Assembly (NCBI RefSeq): GCF_009914755.1
Contig: NC_060926.1
Strand: one strand, 5' to 3'
From: the human T2T-CHM13v2.0 reference genome, Homo sapiens
Length of the DNA: 64,000 nucleotides
Of this stretch, positions 29,375 through 42,539 are shown in pieces. The position numbers and the translations under genes were made by a program. Under the pieces are notes generated by a model, which had not been told where the DNA came from, did not search any database, and was given only the letters and a program-made list of their open reading frames with translations. The first letter of the stretch is position 1. Each line of letters begins with the position of its first letter.

Positions 29375-31510
29375 TGTGCAGCATATTTTTGAAATATCAG
29401 CCCATTCCTCCCAGTATTTATTCTTTGCCCTTTTCACCACCAGTTCTGAGCTGATTACCAAGGGGGAAGTGGATATAACAGGATACAAGGCAGAAAAAAG
29501 GGGTGCCTTTCTGGCTTTGGTTTCAAAGCCCAAGTCCTAAAAGGAACAGAGTCACAAAGTTTGGAGAAAACAGATGATAGAGAGCAGCTCCCACTCCCGC
29601 TTCCAGCCAACCACCCTTCTAAGACTAGAGAAAAATCCCCTAGGTGGGGAGGAGAGAGAAGAACGGGAGGGAATTAGAGAGCAGCTCCGCACCCCTATAT
29701 CTTGGGTTAGGGTCTCAGGAGCCAGCCAGATCTCACAGAGGGGACAGACAAGGCTTGTAGAGCCTCCCCTGGCTCTGATCAGTGCGGGAGCAGCAGCATG
29801 AATTCTAGACCCTTAGTATGACCCGGAGAGAGGTGCACACTGAAGGATCTGTAAGATCAGAACAGCAGCCATCCCAGCAGAGGCCTGCATGAGGAAAGTC
29901 TCCCCAATTCCTTAGCTCTTGGTGAACCTCCTAGAAAATCACTCCCAACACTGAGAAGAGTGAGCAGGAAAACCTGCATTGACTGGGTAATTTTCTGCCA
30001 TTCTGGTGGTGAGGTATCTCATCTGAGTTATAGGAAGGGAAAGAAGGTAATATTTTTTGAACATCTGAGTTAGTTACTTAAGGTTTATTCCAGCTTTATA
30101 TGGAACTTCTAACACCCTACATTTTAAGGACTAAGCCTAATGTTAATACAGAGTGGTGATGAGGAGGGAACCACCCATTCCGCTGGGAGAGGAGCTGGTG
30201 GGGAGGAATTGGGAGAGCCTGGGCCAGTAGGCTTCCCTGCCTCACTTATTCTCAGCCCTGTGTTTGGGATATCACAGTGCCATCAAGCAACTCAGCTTCA
30301 TAATGGGTTCCTCTGAGTTCTATTCCTCTGTCCTGCAATGCTTTAATCAAGTCCTGCCTCTTGATGCGTCACTTTCATCTTGAGCAACTCAACGGACATT
30401 CAGTCCTCAAGATCTGCATGGAGCAAAGTTTGAGGGTAAGCCCCATCTCTCACACAGCAGTGACTATTTGGGAAGCTAAGGCTCCAAGTGAGGACACTGT
30501 CTTGTGCCGGGTGCAGAGGACATTGAGGTGGGGCTGCCTCATGCTTCACAGTCCTAGCGTTATTTTCCATGCCATCTGTGTTCTGACTAAACCCACTTTA
30601 GGTATGGGGAAACTGATGCTTCAGCCCTATTTATTGCATGCCAGGAAAGTCTAGTTCGCATGTTGTTTTGCTTATGTTAGCATGTTCACCTTGCACAGTA
30701 ACTCCAAGAATGTAAAAAAGACACTTCAAAATGCATTGAATAAATACCTTCCTTTGCTGTGATCCCATGTCCACCAAATGTTCTGAAATGAGACACATGG
30801 AAAATGGAAAACAGACCAAAAATATTTGCTTGACTGACATTGTGGATTAGGGTGTCCACGAGAGTATAAACACACACACCCACTACACACACACACCCAC
30901 TACACACACGCACCCTGCAGAGTGGGCCCCAGGATTAGGGACCTTCCACAGCAACCAACGCTGGCTGCCAATTTCAGAGCTGCCCCTGGGCCTGGCTCTG
31001 CTGGAGTGAGGCCAGGAGTGCCTGGGTCTGAGGAATGCACTCACCTGGAGCTCAGAAGGAGCCCCTGCACCCTCTACCTGGGCAGCCCAGAAAGGTGTTG
31101 GGGCTGTCACTCCACACTGAGAGGGCATCACCACTCAGGGGCTTGGAAGAAGGGGGAATGGGTCAGGACTTTTAGTTCATTGCTAAATGAAGCCTAACTC
31201 CCCTCTGGGGTCCTGTGGCCTGGACCCCTGGTGCAGGTCCGCGGTGGCCTTGCTCAAGGGAGCACTGAACTCATTCACCCTCCCAGCAGTCAAACCATGA
31301 CACGCAAGAGCCTCTTACTCATCCCGAAGTCATCAGTCATGTTTCCAAGAGTGTGAGTAATTCAGGGAGGGAGGGAGAGAGGGCTCCAGCTGGGGGTGGG
31401 ATGATGCTGAAGAGGTGATGTGGCCCAGAAGGAGCCCTAATTCTTCTTACTCCAAAGCTGGAAATGCTCTTCTTTTTGAGAAGAGATGTCTCCTTAATCT
31501 GCTCCCAATG

Positions 31511-31512
<2 letters not shown>

Positions 31513-31560
<48 letters not shown>
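31513..31560. repeat. (TG)n microsatellite
   Basis: Direct reading. Confidence 0.97.
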
Positions 31561-31561
<1 letters not shown>

Positions 31562-31702
31562 GAATACTGGCAGCTTAAAGAAACTGGAAACCAAAGCAAC
31601 AAGGACTTCTCCCTTCATTCCCAGGAGCTGAGAAGGTGTGCTGGCTCAGAGGACGGAGGCCAAGTGGGCACTTTTTTTACTTATTAATAAAATATACATT
31701 CA

Positions 31703-31986
31703 GACAGGGCACAGTAGCTCAAGCCTGTAATCCCAGCACTTAGGGAGGCCGAAGCGGAAGGATCGCTTGAGCCCAGGAGTTTGAGACTAGTCTGGGCAAC
31801 ATAGTGAGACCCTAGCCCTAAAAAAAATTGAAAAATTAGCTGGGGGTGGTGGCACACAACTGTGGTCCCAGCTACTCAGGAGGCTGAGGTGGGAGGATTG
31901 CTTGAGCCCAGCTGGTCAAGGTTGCAGTGAGCCATGATTGTGCCACTGCACTCCAGCCTGGGTGACACAGTGAGACTCTGTCTCAA
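31703..31986 (+). mobile_element. Alu (AluJ-like)
   Basis: Full Alu with a degenerate tail. Confidence 0.92.
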
Positions 31987-33027
31987 CTACAATGCAATAC
32001 AATAAAGTATGTACTCATATTTGCCCAGCACTTTATTCCATTTTGAGCCTTTGAGGGGAACAAGTTAGGTATTGTTATCTCCATTTTATAGCCAAGGAAC
32101 TGAAGCTCAGGGCAGTCATGTAAGCTGCTAGTGTCCTATCACAGGCAACTATTGGAGCTGGGATTTGAACCCAGGTCCCTTAATGACTAGTCCAGCCCCT
32201 ACATCCCTGGACTGTGAGGGCTTCCTCTAAACAGAGGGCTCTGTTAGCCTTTCGACTTGTTTTCTATCCAAGATCATCTTTCAGCAAGTGGGCTCAGCCT
32301 GGACCCAACAATTGTCCCTTGCCTTCCTAGACCACACTCTTACAGAGGTCCTGGCCGTGGGTACTCCTGGGGGATGCTCAGTTCCAGGTCACTTTCCCCT
32401 CCTCCTAGCCTGGGACTTGACCCAGGAGAGCTGGCTGCCTTCAGAGGAGAACCTTTTCCAAGGAAGTCACAGGGGAGAGAGCCAGGGGAACCCCGGTAGG
32501 ATGGAGAGTCTGTGGGTGGGTCTGCCCAGACAGTGGGAGTTGACCAAGCATCAGCTCCCAAGAGGCCCAAGCCTAAGGAGTTAAGTACTAGCAGTCAGGC
32601 ATTTTGGCTATGGATTGGCTGAGGGACCTGACCTCTAACCCTGTGTCTTCCTTTCTTGCGTTTCCCAGCCCACTTCTTCCCATAGAGCCATGAGAAGACA
32701 TCCTTGGTTCACTGGAGGAGGAAACCCTGCAGGAAACACACCTGGGAAAATAACTCCCATTTCGAGGCAGAAATGATTATTCTCAGTATATTGATGAGGA
32801 AACTGAGGCTTTGGAGGTTACATAACTCAGGCTATACCACCCAGCTAGTGAAGGGGGCAGAACAAGAGTTCAGATCTGATGGTGTGGTGGCCATTTCACC
32901 AAATCATCCTGCCTTAGAAAACCTGCAACAGCCCAGAACAGGCACCTCGACCACCTCACTGCAGACGCTAACCTCAGATGGTGACCAAAGAGAAAGCCTG
33001 ACATGGGAAAATGACTTGAGATCAGAG

Positions 33028-33418
33028 GCTACATTGAGCTGTATTGTGCGCCCCACTCCTCCAAATGTATATGTTGAAGTCCTAACCCCCCAGAACCTCA
33101 GAATGCAACTGTATTTGGAGACAGGGTCTTTAAAGAGGTAATTAAGTTAACATGATGTCATTGGGGGGGACTAAATTAAATGTAACTGGTGTCCTTACAA
33201 GAAGTGATTAGAACCAAACAGACACAGGGGGAAGACCATGGGCAGACACAGCAAGATGGCAGCCATCTCCAAGCCAAAGAGAGAGGACTTAAAAGAAAGG
33301 ACCCCTGCTGGCCCCTGTCAGTCTTCCAGCCTCCAGAATTGTGCAAGTATAAATTTCTGTTGTTGAAGCCACCTGATGTACAGTATTCTCTTCTGACAGC
33401 CTCAGCAAACTCATTCAG
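33028..33418 (+). mobile_element. MaLR solo LTR (MLT1A-like)
   Basis: atatgttgaagtcctaacccc...gtatttggagacagggtctttaaagaggtaattaagtt...ccagcctccagaattgtg. Confidence 0.85.
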
Positions 33419-36409
33419 AGCCCCTTAAAAAATCATCTCTGTCCCCAGTTCCTGCACACAGTAGGCACCGAATCCACATTTGTTAACTGGCTGAAGGAAG
33501 TGCCATGAACGCTGGGCTCTCCAATAGGTGGAGAAGATTCAAATTTTGATTTTTGCAACCAGCCTCCTTCCTCTTGTTGAAACTTCCTGTTTCTGAGGAA
33601 TAGAGATTTTACAGATCCCAGAGGGCATCCAGTAAACCCAGCAGCTATTACCAAATAATTCTGGTTTTGATGATCTCAGTGAGTATGAATCAGAAGCAAG
33701 CAGACTTGCGTTTCTTTTGAAATATACCCAAGGTTAAACGTTAGAGGAAGAAGCAAAAACATATCGGAAAATGTATTGCTAGCAAGGAACTATTTGTGTT
33801 GTTGGTGCCCAAGGCCTGATGAGATGGGCTTTCCTTCCTTCTGTGTGGAGCAGAACCTGGTGAAGGCTTGAGTGACCAACGTTGTTGCTGCTCGGGCCAA
33901 AGCAACCTCTTCCTGTCCAAGTGCCCATCCTCACGGTTCTCACCTGGATCTCTTATTTGAAAAAGAGAATTCCAGGGTTGAGGGTGCCTCCTGGAGCCCT
34001 CATCATCCAGGTGACTGCTGTGGCCTGGAGGAGGTCCTGGCCCTTGTAGAAGGGCACCCTGGTGGAATAGGAAGGTTTGGGATAGGAAGAGAGTATGGGG
34101 TCCACACAGCTACAAGCCAGGGTCCTGCAATGGGATCAAACAGGGCATGGGTAAGATGGTTGAGGCTGGGGTGGTGTCAGGTCACCATGAAGCCGGGCTG
34201 CTTTTAGGGGCATCACTTGGAACAGGCAGCATTCGGGCAGGGGCTGTAAAACACTTTGGAAATTGGAGTTCGAGCAGGAGCTCCTAGGGAGGACTTGTGG
34301 TGCAAGGGAGGGCTTGGAATTAAGTGGGAAGAGCCCAGACAACCCTGGCTTCTGCTTCTGGCTCTGCCACATGCTAGCCGAGGGGCCTGGCAAGCTCTGT
34401 CCTCTAGAGAACCTCAATCTCTCCATCGTCAGGGGACACTGGGCCACCTTCGAGGATCAATGGGGTTCTGGAGAAAAGGAGTGGCATGGGATGATGTGCG
34501 AAAAAACCTCCAGCCCAGGCAGGACACTGGTAAGGGCTGGAGCCAGGCACGGGTCTGTCAGGGTGGGACTTGGCCATCGCACGCTCAGGGGTTCCTCTCC
34601 CAAGAAGGGGGAATGTGGCCAGGAGCCCCAGGGTTGGTGCCTTCAGGATCCTCAGGGCCTGCAGGGCAGCAGCTCAGATTCTTTAGGAAGTGGCTGCCCC
34701 TCCCTCCTCAAAGCCATTTCTCTCCCTTCACCATCTCAGGAACTTCTTGCACTTCCCCAAACATTCCCGAGCCCCCACCTCCATGCCTTCCTGCACGATG
34801 CTCTTCCCGCGGCCTGAAACTCCCTTCCCTTCCCATGTCTGGCTTCTGCCTACTCCTCCCACACGATTATCTCAGATATCTCTCCCCACCCCGCGTCTTC
34901 TCCCAGGGAGTCTTTCCTGACCACTCCCTCTGCATGGAGCCTGGCTGTCTGTGTCTGTCTGTCTGTCTGTCCATCCATCTGTCAGCCATGCCTCTGGCCT
35001 CCTGCCACACCCCCCTCTCCCGGTGCCCACCCACACCCTGCAGTGGAACTCTATTTCCCCTCTGGACCATGAGCTCCCGGGCCCTGGCCCTGATCTTCCC
35101 TCTCAGGGGCCTAGTCCAGGGTCTGAAACATAATAACAGCTCAATAAATGAGTGTCAAAACAATTACTGGCTTACTCAATGAATGACTTCTGAATACAGG
35201 GCCCACTTCTACAAATGAGTCACAAGTCTGAGCCACCGTGCCCTGCCCCCACCCACTGACCCCAGTGAAACCCTCCCTGTGATGACATCATCATTACCTT
35301 GAATTCTCAGAATCACCGGTGCCTTCTATCTTCTCCTTTTACTCTACCTGCTTCTAAATCCCCCTCCTCCTCCTTCTTTCCCCCTCCTCTGGGGGCAGCA
35401 CATCTAAATAAGGTAGTGTTCCTTCCGGGCTGTGAATTATCAGGATTTTCATCTAGTGACTCGGGAAATTGTGAGACAGAATCAGGAAGTCGATCCCCAA
35501 GTGCTGGACAAGGAGATGCGATGCCAGTTGGCCCCTGGTGCTCTGGAGTTAACTGAGTAGGAGACTGGGAGGACCTAGGTAGGGAAGGAGGAGGCTTGAG
35601 CTGAGGAGAATGGGTATGGGGTGTGGGAAACTGGCGGGGTTGGGCTCCTTACAGACTGCACAGGCCAAGGCATCCCTGGTCTGGCATGAAGGGAGAGGCC
35701 ACTGCCCTGTCCCATACACTTGGCTGCCTAAGGTCCTTTGTGGGGAGGCAACCATCCTCCCCACACCCAACTTAGATGATCAGGAAGGAGCCCACCCAGG
35801 GAACATCCCTGCCTCTCATCTCATCTTCTCTCCTGTGACTCCTCCTGTCTTTTTCCCTAAATGTCATGGAGGTGTTTCTGGCACAAGTAGTGAGGAGCTG
35901 GCCAACCAGAGCATGCCCCGGGGTCACTGCCATTTTCATGTCATACCCTTTTCATGAAGAAATAAATTAGGACCCTGCTTCTGGAAAACTGATGTTTGTG
36001 ACATCATGTAGGGAACAGATGGGATATTTGAGATTCTTGAAAAAGGATCATATATATCTCAATAAAAGGCAACTTCTGAGGCCAGAGGAAAACATAATAA
36101 ATAAAAGGACTGCTGCTTCCTGTATCAGGTGGGAAAAGCATGACATGAGTTAACCCAAAAAATGTTTTTTTGTAAACAAGTAAAAGTAAATAAACCCAAG
36201 AAGGGCAGGAAAGTCAAAGGTTGTTTCTTGACAGGTTTGTCAAGGGGTACAGGGGTCCCGTGGCAGCATGTCCATCCCCGCCTTCTCACACTGCCTTGCA
36301 ATCGCCGCCTTGTCTCCGGAGCCCTAGAGGGCAGGGCCATTACGTTATCTCTCTCTCAATCCCCGGGGCCTAGCCTGGGACCTGACACATAGTAGGTGCT
36401 CAGTAGGCA

Positions 36410-36520
36410 GAGAGACCGTATAATTTATCATCCAAACTGGGACACTTCAAGGTCAAAGGAGGCTATTAATAATTACATCTGGACAACAGTTGTAATCTGG
36501 GACTGTCTGGACAAAAAGGT
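36410..36520. mobile_element. MER94-like hAT DNA transposon fragment inside an L2 tail
   Basis: ataatttatcatccaaactgggacac...ctattaataattac...ctgggactgtc; flanked by L2 3' end sequence and (GAAT)n. Confidence 0.65.
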
Positions 36521-37915
36521 GTCTGTTGAATAAGTGAATGAATGAACAAATGAATGAATGAATGATTCTTAGGCTGAGGCTGCTGGCACCGAGGCATTCA
36601 TGGCTTCCTACATCCGTTGGTGCCACTGTCTAATAGAAAATTCACCCGTGTATACCATGTATACCAAGCTGGGATTGAAAGTCCATCTCGTTCTTAGCTT
36701 GCAGACTGGGACTCCACTGCAGAGAGAAACTGGGCTGAGCCGGAAGGGCCCTGCAGGTGCTGCTCAGAGCATCTTCCTCCACTTTCCTGCTGGCTTGGGC
36801 ACCAGGAACTCGGCTCTGCGCTTTCTGTTCTTTGTAGCATTTAATCCTTACACCAGCCTTGTGAAGTAGATGTTCTTATTACCTTTTACAGGTGAATCAA
36901 CCCAGGCTTAGAGAAGTGAAGTATTGTGCCCAAGGCGCTAATATCAGAGATACAACCTATACCCAAGTCTGTGGGACACCGAAGTACGTGCCTCTAAGAC
37001 GTCACCACCTTGCCTTTTATGTGGCCTTCTCTCAAGAAGAGGACTTAGAGGCTTGGGGCGTCCAGTTTCTGGAGGCAGGCAGGGCCTCCTGTGGCCTGAT
37101 CCATTGGCTGGAGAGGAGTCAGCAGGGGCTGGGGTCATGGCATTGTCCCAGTGGGAATGGAAAGTTTGCCTCCTGGAGGCGCCCCCTCTGCCCCACGTCT
37201 GATTGCGGGCAGAGTCTTGGACGGGGCAGTGGCACATTCAGAACCTCTGGCCAGGCTAGGACCATGAGAAGTGGGCTTTTCATAGGTTACAAGCCCTGTG
37301 GCCGTGGGAGCAGGCGGGGCAGGGACCCTGGTCAGCCTGATTCACAGGCCAGGATGCTGCCACCTGAGCCTTGTAACTGAGCCCTCGTGGCTCCTGAGGG
37401 TGGGTTAAGGAGGAGAAGGTGTTCCGAACCGGAACTCCTAACCAAGGGCTCTATCAGTCCTTCCACCTCCTGCTTCCGGCCCGCCCCACACCTACCCCCT
37501 GGAGGGCCGTGGAGTTTCTTTGATGCACGGCCTGGCTGTTTTTCCAGAACGTGGTTCATTTGCAGTCCCAGCCCATCGGGAGAGCGGCCTGAGAGTCTGA
37601 GGGCTCCAGCCCAGGGGAGAGGCTTGCTGGGGCCTGGCTGGGCTGAAGTGGTGGAGAGGGGAGAGGCCAGGCCCAGAACCTCTTTTTCCCTCTTGTGTTC
37701 CCAGGCTGGTCAGGCTCCTGCTGGGCGATTGATGGAGGTGAGAGGATGTGGGCTAGGGCTGGGTCTGGGCAAGGGCTCTGTGAGGGAGCAGGGTTAGGCA
37801 CTCTCCCCCGCTCCCCCCACCTGCCTCCCACCTCCACTCTCTGCAGATAGCCCTTGCCCCAAGGCTGCAGCCCAGTTGACATCCCTGAGCCTGGGCCACC
37901 AAGCGCAGCTCCCTT

Positions 37916-37929
37916 GCGCCCTCTAGTGT
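37916..37929 (-). promoter_or_regulatory. Candidate CTCF site
   Basis: Reverse complement ACACTAGAGGGCGC vs core consensus CCASYAGRKGGCRS: one mismatch at a tolerant position. Confidence 0.55.
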
Positions 37930-39094
37930 CTGCCCCTCTCAGGTACAGGGTGCCTTGGGCCAATCTCTGAACCTAGAATTGACCTTCCAAACCGGGCCAT
38001 TCCTAAGCATGAGGTGGACTCTGTTGACAATGATGCTGGGCAGCAGACGCAAAAAGAGACTGGGCCAGCTGTCTTTTCACTCCACTCAGGTCAGAAGTGC
38101 CCCCTCCCCACTCCACTGTGGTCCCCAGAACCATCTCTGGGAACCACCCCATTTGTAAATGAGATAATGCATGTGACGTGCTTAGCAAGGGGCTGGGAGA
38201 GTAGGGGACCAGTGACTATGTGGTCAATGAACAGCTATTAGCTCCACTAGGTAGAAGCAATGATCTGTTTGGTCCTGTGCTGGGGGCTCGTTTCCAGGGG
38301 GGAGGACAGAGAAGCTCTGTCCAGTGCTGCTGAGGCAGGAATGAGGACTCCATGTTCGGAGTCTGGCACGGAGCAGGAGGGTGATTTGATGGCTCGGTGT
38401 GTGTTGGCTGCAAGAGCAAATGCAAAACGTCAGCCTGAGATTAATCAAGACATCCTTCCACTTACCGTTTCGGGTCTTGTTGGGGAGTTTGGAAGGAAAA
38501 CTGCCTTTCCAGCAAGATGTTTTGACATGATGCCTTTTCCCTGGCATGCGTTGTCTCCTTCTCCCCACCCATCCCCTTCGCCACAGCTTTAGGGATGACC
38601 TCTGCCCTGCTGGGTGCCCTTGATGACTAACACAGCAAGTGTGTGGACCGCCACCTGTCCTGGCCTCACCCACCTTCACCCTCCATTTCTTCATGACTGC
38701 CCCCGTGGCTTCTAGGGGGAAGGCCCCAGACAGGTTTGCTAAACTACTGACTCCCAGGGCTCCCTGACAGGGCCTGATGCAGGGTGGCCAGCGGTTGTGA
38801 CCCCTAGACCAGGTGGGTCCCAGCACAGGGACCTGAGCCCCACCCTCAGGGAGCTGGCGGCTACACGGGGAGCGGTCACCTGTACAGATAAATCTAGTGG
38901 AAAGCCCCCATGGCCAGAACCAGGGCGGAGGGCCTGGGGCAGGCTCTGGAGTATAGAAGAGGGAAGGCGCCTTTGGAACAGACAGCAGAGAGAAGAGCCT
39001 GCAGGATGAGTGCGAAGGATTGCTGTGGACAGAGGTGGGCCAGGGCTCAGCTCGAGGGCTCCCAGGGAAAGGAGCCTGGGGTGGCCTGGGCACC

Positions 39095-39143
39095 GTGTGT
39101 GTGTGTGTGTATGTGTGTGCGCGCGCGTGCATGTGCGTGTGCA
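39095..39143. repeat. (TG)n/(CG)n alternating purine-pyrimidine tract
   Basis: gtgtgtgtgtgtgtgtatgtgtgtgcgcgcgcgtgcatgtgcgtgtgca. Confidence 0.9.
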
Positions 39144-39689
39144 TAGGTATGATTCAGGGAGACATAAGGGACTTTGGCAAAGTCAGGAGGATGTGGGGGC
39201 TAAGCAAACACCACTTTGAAGACTTCTCTTTGGCATGGGGTGTGACAAGCCAGGTCTGGTGCCTTGTTGAGGAAAGGGAGAAAACTCTGAGTTGGTTTTT
39301 GTGTTCCTCAAACCAGTTTGCCCACATCCTTGGCATCATCTGTGCCCTGTGAAGGGCCCGCTTGGAGCCATGCATGTCTGGGCCTGAGGGTGGCGGTGCC
39401 TACGTGAGGCCCTGCGGTCTCTTCAGGAGCTCCCCGAGAGGGGCACTTGGCCACTGTTGGAGCTGAGAGGGGCCTCGCCCAGCTCACCCGCCTCTCCTGC
39501 TTCTCACCCAGCCCCTGCTGCTGAGAGCTCTGGCAGCCTCCGTGTGCACAGCAGGCCTGGGCTCAGTCACAGGTAGCTCTTCTGTCTGCTCCACGGTGGC
39601 TCTCCTCAGGGCCTTGGCTCTCATGTGAGGCTTCCAGCTGCTGCTCACACTCAGAGCTTTGCATGACCAGCAACACACAGGCAGATAAG

Positions 39690-39920
39690 AGCATTGGGTC
39701 TAGGGCGAGAAAATCCTGGGTTCAAGATCAGGCTCTGCCATTTACCAGCTATGTGGCCTCAGGCAGGTTGAACTCTTTGAGCCGCAGTTATCTCATCTGT
39801 AAATTGGGGATAATAACACTTAATGGTACTTATCTCATGGGGTTGTCATGAGGATCAAATGAGATGATGTGTGTGTAAACACCTTACAGAGGGCTCCACT
39901 AATGGAAGGCATTATTATTG
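39690..39920 (+). mobile_element. MIR
   Basis: cctgggttcaagatcaggctctgccatttaccagctatgtggcctcaggca...ctcatctgtaaattgggg. Confidence 0.75.
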
Positions 39921-40258
39921 CTGTTTCCATACCACACGACACTCACCCAAGAATGGAAGTTCATGTTCTGACTGTCAATGACGTGTCCAGCATTCCTCCT
40001 GTGCTCATTTCATAACTATTCGTTGAGCCTCCTTGGTGCCAGGCACTGTTCTAGACTCTTGGGCCATAAAAATCAATAAAACACAAGATCCCTGCCTCCT
40101 TACGGCTGACCTTCTAGGGGAGAGACTTTCACATACCCCAATCTACTTAGCACACATTCCAACCTCTCTCTGGCATCTGCAAACTCAAGTCTGCAAGGTG
40201 AAGCAACATCCTAAGCTGCTAGGAACTCTCTCCATAAGTACTCATCCAGATGGCCTGG

Positions 40259-41036
40259 TGATACGGACAGGAGACAGGGAAATACTGGGTAGAAGAGGGT
40301 GGCTCCTGGCAAAGGCCCCACCCTCAAGCCTGAAGACCCACGGCCCTAAATGAGGACAGGCATTCCTGTTTTTGAGCGGAAAAAGTTGCCTTTTGGCCTG
40401 CCACACCCCCTATCCTGCACCCATATAAACCCTGAACCCCAGGCTTCAGAAACAGACGAGCAAGCCAGCAGACCAGCAGACGGACAGTGGAACGATGCAG
40501 TAGAGAAAGAGAGAGGAGGAGGAACATCTGAACGTGGAGAGGAGTTTGACTGGGGACGGTCAGAGAGGAGTCCGGCTGCTGGGCTCCTGACTCCAGGGGA
40601 AGATCACCTTCCTACTCCATACCCCCCTTCTGGCTCCTCATCCGTCCCACTGAAAGCTACCTCTACCATTCAATAAAACCTCGCATTCATCCTTCAAGCC
40701 CATGTGTGACCCAGTTTTTCCGGGATGCTGGATAAGAGCTTGTGATACAGAGAGCTGTCACACTGGCCCTCTGCCCTTGCGAAAAGGCAGAGGGTCCATT
40801 GAGCTGGTTAACACATGCTGTCTGCGGACAGCAAAGCTGAAAGAGCTTTGTAACACTGGGGTTGCAGGCACCCACCTTTAGACACTACAGTAGGGCCAGA
40901 GCCCAAATGGCTCACCCTGGCCTCTGCACCTTCCCATCTGCATGCTCCACCTCCTGAGAGGGATTTGAGCAGCAGGGGTGACCGAAAAGGCAAGCGGCAC
41001 ATCCTGTGAGGGGGATCGGGGACCTCTCCTGTTTCA
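40259..41036 (+). mobile_element. ERV1 solo LTR, MER50-like
   Basis: Begins TGATACGGACAGGAGACAGGGAAATACTGGGTAGAAGAGGG (MER50 5' end), ends TTTCA; TATA-like catataaa ~40422, AATAAA ~40672; TSD ctgg/ctgc. Confidence 0.85.
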
Positions 41037-41684
41037 CTGCAGAAGTCCTTTCGTGGCAAAACAAGGTCATGTTGAGACAACACTCAGAGCATTGTCGTGA
41101 AAAGGGAGCACAATCATTAAGAGTAGTTGCCCATTTTACAGATGAGGAAATTGGGGCCCAGAAAAGTTTAACTGCCTTGCCCTAGGTTATGCTGCTGCTC
41201 AGTAACAAAATAACTTAGTCAACAAATATTTGCTGAGCCCCTATTTTGTGCCAGCCACTGCTTTGGGCACTGGGGCACAGTCAGTGCCTTAGTGGAGCTT
41301 GCATTCTCTAAAGGGGTGACTTAAAATAAATATGTAAACAGGTGAGCTCATTTCAGACATGATGAGTGCTAGGCGGAAAATCATACAAGATAATGGGAGG
41401 GACAGTGACTTAGGAATGGGGTAGTTGGGGAAGGCCTCCGGGGAGGTGACACTGAAGTCAAGGAACCAAGCAGAGGACACTTCCGGTGGAAGTTATCCTA
41501 AATGGTGACCCAGATAAGAGACTCAAAGGATTCCCTACAGCTCACTTAAAAGGCAAAGGAGAAAATGTGGCTGTGAGTCCTCCTAGGGAGAGCAGGGGTT
41601 TCTGAGCTGTGGCCTGAGGAGCCAGGTGGCCCTCCTTGTAAAACAGAGCTCAGGGCATCTGGGGATCCTTTTGTTTTGTTTTCT

Positions 41685-42172
41685 AATAGACTTTATTTTT
41701 TAGGTTCATAGCAAATTTGAAAACAAAGTATAGAGAGTCCCCATATACCCCTGCCCCTACATGTGTAGTACATTCATTAAATCAAGAACCCACATGGATG
41801 CATCATCACCCAAAGTCTATATTTACATTGGGGTTCACTCTTGGTGTTGATGTCCTATGAGTTCTAACCGAAGTGTGATGACTTTATCCACTGTCACAGC
41901 ATCTTAGAGTAGTTTCACGGCCCTAAAAATCCTCTGTGCTCCGCCTGTTCATCCCTCCCTCCCCACAACCCCTGGCACCCACTGGTCTTTTTGCTGTCTC
42001 CGTAGTCTTGCCTTTCCCAGAGTGTCATATAGTTGGAATCATACAGTATGCACCCTGTTCATACTGGCTTCTTCCACTTAATAATATACATTTAAGTTTT
42101 CTCCATGTCTTTTCATGGCTTGGCAGCACATTTCTTTTTAGCGTTGAATGAAATTTGCATTTTCTGGATGTA
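41685..42172 (-). mobile_element. L1MC-type 3' fragment
   Basis: Reverse L1MC1-like tail (catcacccaaagtctatatttacattggggttcactcttgg). Confidence 0.75.
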
Positions 42173-42178
42173 GGGGCT

Positions 42179-42539
42179 TGATATGGTTTGGCTCTGTGTC
42201 CCCACCCAAATCTCATCTTGAATGATACGCCTGTAACTCCCACGTGTTGTGGGAGGGACCCGGTGGGAGATCATTGAATCATGGGGGCGCTTTCTCTCAT
42301 ACTTTCCTTATGGTAGTAAGTCTCATGAGATCTGATTTTTTTTAAATAGGGAGTTTCTGCTTTCGCTTCTGCGTCATTTTTTTCTTGCTGCCGCCATGTA
42401 AGTAGTACCGTTCGCCTTCCGCCATGATTGTGAGGCCTCTCCAGCCACGCAGAACTGTGAGTCCAATCAGCCTCGTTCTTTTGTAAATTGCCCAGTGTCG
42501 CGTATGTCTTTATCAGCAGCGTGAAAACGGGCTAATACA
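42179..42539 (+). mobile_element. THE1 (THE1A/B-like) MaLR solo LTR
   Basis: TGATATGGTTTGGCTCTGTGTCCCCACCCAAATCTCATCTTGAA...GCTAATACA; TSD ggct. Confidence 0.93.

Noticed and set aside
29420-30140. Possible ancient LTR or unique regulatory segment
   Set aside because: Could not assign a family or boundaries by eye.
34256-35182. 308-aa ORF on the + strand
   Set aside because: Non-ATG start; runs through MIR/L2 fragments and a (TGTC)n tract; no protein-family resemblance.
38224-39144. 306-aa ORF on the - strand
   Set aside because: Begins in a (CA)n microsatellite; Pro/Ser/Gly-rich translation typical of GC-rich noncoding DNA.
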